20,000 nt of DNA from the sequence record DRR378314_485, one strand, 5' to 3'. Every line of letters begins with the position of its first letter. Position 1 is the stretch's first letter. Made by a program: the position numbers and the translations under genes. Below the pieces are notes generated by a model that was not told where the DNA came from, did no database searches, and saw only the letters and a program-made list of their open reading frames with translations. Shown here piece after piece: positions 17,657-20,000 of the stretch.

Positions 17657-18634
17657 ATGACGTTATCGATTGTTGCGGTCATTGTGGGTTTGGCTGTTTT
17701 GGTCTGGAGTGCAGACCGCTTTGTTGAAGGCGCAGCCGCAGTAGCAAAACACCTGGGCATGGCGCCGTTAGTTATCGGTATGGTCATTATTGGATTTGGT
17801 ACGTCAGCGCCGGAAATGGTCGTATCGGCACTGGCATCAATGCAGGGTAACCCTGCGTTGGCACTGGGTAATGCCTATGGCTCGAACATAACCAACATAG
17901 CACTGGTTTTAGGTATTACCGCTATGCTCGCTCCTATTGCGGTTAAATCTGTGGTTATACGTCGCGAGATGCCAGTCTTAATCGCTATAACCCTGTTAAG
18001 TGCCGTATTCCTGCTGGACTACCAAATCACCCGGTTGGAAGCCATTCTCTTACTGGTCGTTTTTGCTGCTTACATGGGTTGGTCAATTTGGGTAGGTTCA
18101 AAAAGCAGCGACGACAGCTTAGCCGAGGAATTCACTGAAGAACTGGACTCTAATCCTCTGCCAATGAAACCCGCCATTATTTGGCTTATTGTTGGCTTAT
18201 TACTGCTAATTGTCAGTTCACGCGCTCTAGTCTGGGGTGCCGTAAATATTGCGGTGTCACTCGGCGTCAGCGATTTAGTCATAGGTTTGACTGTGGTTGC
18301 TATTGGTACCTCCTTACCAGAGCTGGCTTCAGCCATTGCGGCAACCCGCAAGAATGAGCACGACCTGGCACTGGGTAATGTTATCGGCTCGAATATGTTT
18401 AACACATTAGCGGTAGTCGGTATTGCCGGTGCTATTGAGCCGGTTTCGCTTGAACCACTGGTATTAAGCCGTGACTGGGTTGCCATGGCTATACTGACAT
18501 TGCTGCTCATGGCCTTTGGTATTCGCAAAGCACGACAAGGGCGTATCAATCGCGTACACGGTTTTATCTTTATTTGCCTGTACCTGCTCTATACCCTGTA
18601 TTTATTGAAAACAGGCTTTATCGCACCACAATAA
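17657..18634 (+). CDS. Calcium/sodium antiporter (CaCA superfamily, YrbG-like)
   Basis: Two alpha-repeats: GTSAPE...GNAYGSNITN and GTSLPE...GNVIGSNMFN. About 10 transmembrane helices. Confidence 0.92.
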   Translation: MTLSIVAVIVGLAVLVWSADRFVEGAAAVAKHLGMAPLVIGMVIIGFGTSAPEMVVSALASMQGNPALALGNAYGSNITNIALVLGITAMLAPIAVKSVVIRREMPVLIAITLLSAVFLLDYQITRLEAILLLVVFAAYMGWSIWVGSKSSDDSLAEEFTEELDSNPLPMKPAIIWLIVGLLLLIVSSRALVWGAVNIAVSLGVSDLVIGLTVVAIGTSLPELASAIAATRKNEHDLALGNVIGSNMFNTLAVVGIAGAIEPVSLEPLVLSRDWVAMAILTLLLMAFGIRKARQGRINRVHGFIFICLYLLYTLYLLKTGFIAPQ

Positions 18635-18640
18635 AACACT

Positions 18641-18670
18641 ATTGCAAATCGTTCGCATTTAACATAGACT
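18641..18670 (+). promoter_or_regulatory. bfd promoter with overlapping Fur-like box
   Basis: TTGCAA (18642-18647), a 17 nt spacer, then TAGACT (18665-18670). The imperfect 9-1-9 palindrome ATTGCAAAT-C-GTTCGCATT (18641-18659) covers the -35. bfd is Fur-repressed in other proteobacteria. Confidence 0.72.
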
Positions 18671-18696
18671 GTCACTATCAAGTGAGGTGATAGTCT

Positions 18697-18921
18697 ATGT
18701 ATGTTTGTCTTTGTAAAGGTATTAACGATAAAGTCATCCATCAGGCCGTAGTTTCTGGTGAGGTGAACTCAATGCGAGACTTACGCCAGCAATACGGTGT
18801 AGCCTCACAGTGCGGCTGTTGTAAAAACTGTGCCAAAGATGTTCTTCACGAAGCCCTCGAACAACGTTCTAATCAAGCAGGTAAAGAGACTCAACTTCCG
18901 GTTTCCGTATGCTACACTTAA
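18697..18921 (+). CDS. bfd: Bacterioferritin-associated [2Fe-2S] ferredoxin
   Basis: MYVCLCKGI...QCGCC (CxC...CxxC) pattern, RBS GAGGTG, and position directly upstream of bfr. Confidence 0.95.
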   Translation: MYVCLCKGINDKVIHQAVVSGEVNSMRDLRQQYGVASQCGCCKNCAKDVLHEALEQRSNQAGKETQLPVSVCYT

Positions 18922-18954
18922 TTCATACCTAGTGAATTAAGGAGTAATACGGCT

Positions 18955-19431
18955 ATGAAAGGTGATGCTAAAGTCATCCAGCAACTGAATAAAATACTGA
19001 CTCTCAAACTTACCGCCATTAATCAGTACTTTCTTCATGCCCGCATGTATCGTAACTGGGGCTTCGAAAGTTTGAACAAGCCTGTTTATAAAGCCTCTAT
19101 TAACGAAATGAAGCACGCCGATGTGCTTATCGAACGCATTTTATTTCTGGAAGGCATTCCTAATTTGCAGGAACTGGGTAAGTTATACGTTGGTGAAGAC
19201 CCAAGAGAAATGCTGGAAATGGACCACAAAGTCCAGTTTAACGATGTCAGCGCAATACGCGAAGCCATAAAAGAGTGTGAGATACACAAAGACTATGTCA
19301 GCCGTAACGCATTACGCGATATTCTCGACTCGCAGGAAGAACATCTCGACTGGATTGAAACTCAAATTGATTTGATATCGCGCCTGGGTAACGAGGTCTA
19401 TTTGCAAACAAAAATTCAAGGAGCTGAATAA
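18955..19431 (+). CDS. bfr: Bacterioferritin, heme-binding subunit with a degenerate ferroxidase centre
   Basis: Colinear with E. coli Bfr (AINQYFLHARM, EMKHAD, IERILFLEG). Met52 is retained, but the ligands are changed to E18K, E94Q and E127Q. Confidence 0.93.
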   Translation: MKGDAKVIQQLNKILTLKLTAINQYFLHARMYRNWGFESLNKPVYKASINEMKHADVLIERILFLEGIPNLQELGKLYVGEDPREMLEMDHKVQFNDVSAIREAIKECEIHKDYVSRNALRDILDSQEEHLDWIETQIDLISRLGNEVYLQTKIQGAE

Positions 19432-19898
19432 TGCGCAGAGATAACAATGTCGTTGAGCAACTAAATCGCCTGCTGGCTTTTGAACTCACGTCAATTGACC
19501 AGTACACCTCACATTCGCGTCAGTACGAAGACATGGGTTTAATGAAGCTTTATGAGCGCATTAACCATGAAATTGACGACGAGCGCGGTCATGCAGACTT
19601 GCTCATTCGCAGAATTTTATTCCTGGAAGGCAAACCCAACATGAGCAATCGCGAACCTCATACCATAGGTTCGGATGTCCGGGAGATGCTGGAAAACGAT
19701 TTAAAGCTTGAGCACAACAACGCCAAAACACTGCGTGAAGTCATTGAATACTGCGAAGAAGTGGATGATTACGTTACTCGCGAAATGCTGGTCGGTATTT
19801 TAAAAGATACCGAAGAAGATCACGCGTACTGGCTACAGATACAGCTGAACTTAATGGATCGACTGGGTGAGCAGCTCTATTTACAAAGCATGATGTAA
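19431..19898 (+). CDS. bfr: Bacterioferritin-family ferroxidase subunit lacking the heme Met (BfrA/FtnA-of-Pseudomonas type)
   Basis: E18, E51, H54, E94, E128 and H131 are present (DTEEDHAYWL), and position 52 is Arg. TAATG overlap with the upstream bfr and an AAGGAG RBS. Confidence 0.92.
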   Translation: MRRDNNVVEQLNRLLAFELTSIDQYTSHSRQYEDMGLMKLYERINHEIDDERGHADLLIRRILFLEGKPNMSNREPHTIGSDVREMLENDLKLEHNNAKTLREVIEYCEEVDDYVTREMLVGILKDTEEDHAYWLQIQLNLMDRLGEQLYLQSMM

Positions 19899-19928
19899 AT
19901 ACAGTTCTCATACAGTCCCCTCTTTCTG

Positions 19929-19972
19929 CAGACACAAAAAAACCGCCTCAAGGGCGGTTTCTTTTGTATCTG
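19929..19972. terminator. Bidirectional intrinsic terminator between the bfr operon and tRNA-Ser
   Basis: Core AAACCGCC-TCAAG-GGCGGTTT, followed by CTTTT on + and by a 7-U tract on -. The stem can extend as CAGACACAAAA/TTTTGTATCTG. Confidence 0.9.
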
Positions 19973-20000
19973 GCGGAGAGAGAGGGATTCGAACCCTCGA
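19971..20000 (-). tRNA. 3' 30 nt of a tRNA, most likely tRNA-Ser (anticodon outside the window)
   Basis: The minus strand reads TC-GAGGG-TTCGAAT-CCCTC-TCTCTCC-G-CCA: T-arm, acceptor 3' strand, discriminator G and encoded CCA. This fits a GGAGAGA-starting serine tRNA. Confidence 0.88.

Noticed and set aside
10897..19898. Reading the whole plus-strand run as a single iron or metal island
   Set aside because: It contains at least four separate candidate promoters and unrelated functions (acyl-CoA ligase, Ca/Na antiporter). I see no integrase, flanking repeats or obvious compositional shift.
1..20000. CRISPR arrays, IS elements, prophage or defence genes, tandem repeats, frameshifted pseudogenes
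   Set aside because: None seen. All long ORFs look full-length for their families and intergenic gaps are under about 180 bp, leaving no room for arrays.

Overview
Core-genome, gene-dense window from a marine or halophilic gammaproteobacterium; the gene content suggests an Alteromonadales/Idiomarina-like host, which is an inference only. Minus-strand block: partial nqrB, nqrA, fabV, bolA and an unknown lipoprotein. Next comes a lone Wzi-family outer-membrane barrel (+), convergent with a minus-strand operon of a CPA1/RCK cation:proton antiporter plus pqiABC. Plus-strand block: Fur-boxed Fe3+ ABC transporter (fbpABC), a ZntB/CorA-family transporter, a PrpE-like acyl-CoA synthetase with a candidate CrbR site, a Ca2+/Na+ antiporter, and Fur-boxed bfd followed by two complementary bacterioferritin subunits. 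A bidirectional terminator and the 3' end of a tRNA-Ser (-) close the window. I see no mobile element, CRISPR array or defence system, and no clearly novel protein system. The best leads are non-coding. At two loci (bfd and the zntB-like gene) an internal promoter's -10 box (TAGACT in both) lies inside the 5' arm of a hairpin that would hide the ribosome-binding site only on read-through mRNA. There is also a long structured nqrA leader. All RNA structures and sites were found by eye and have not been computed.
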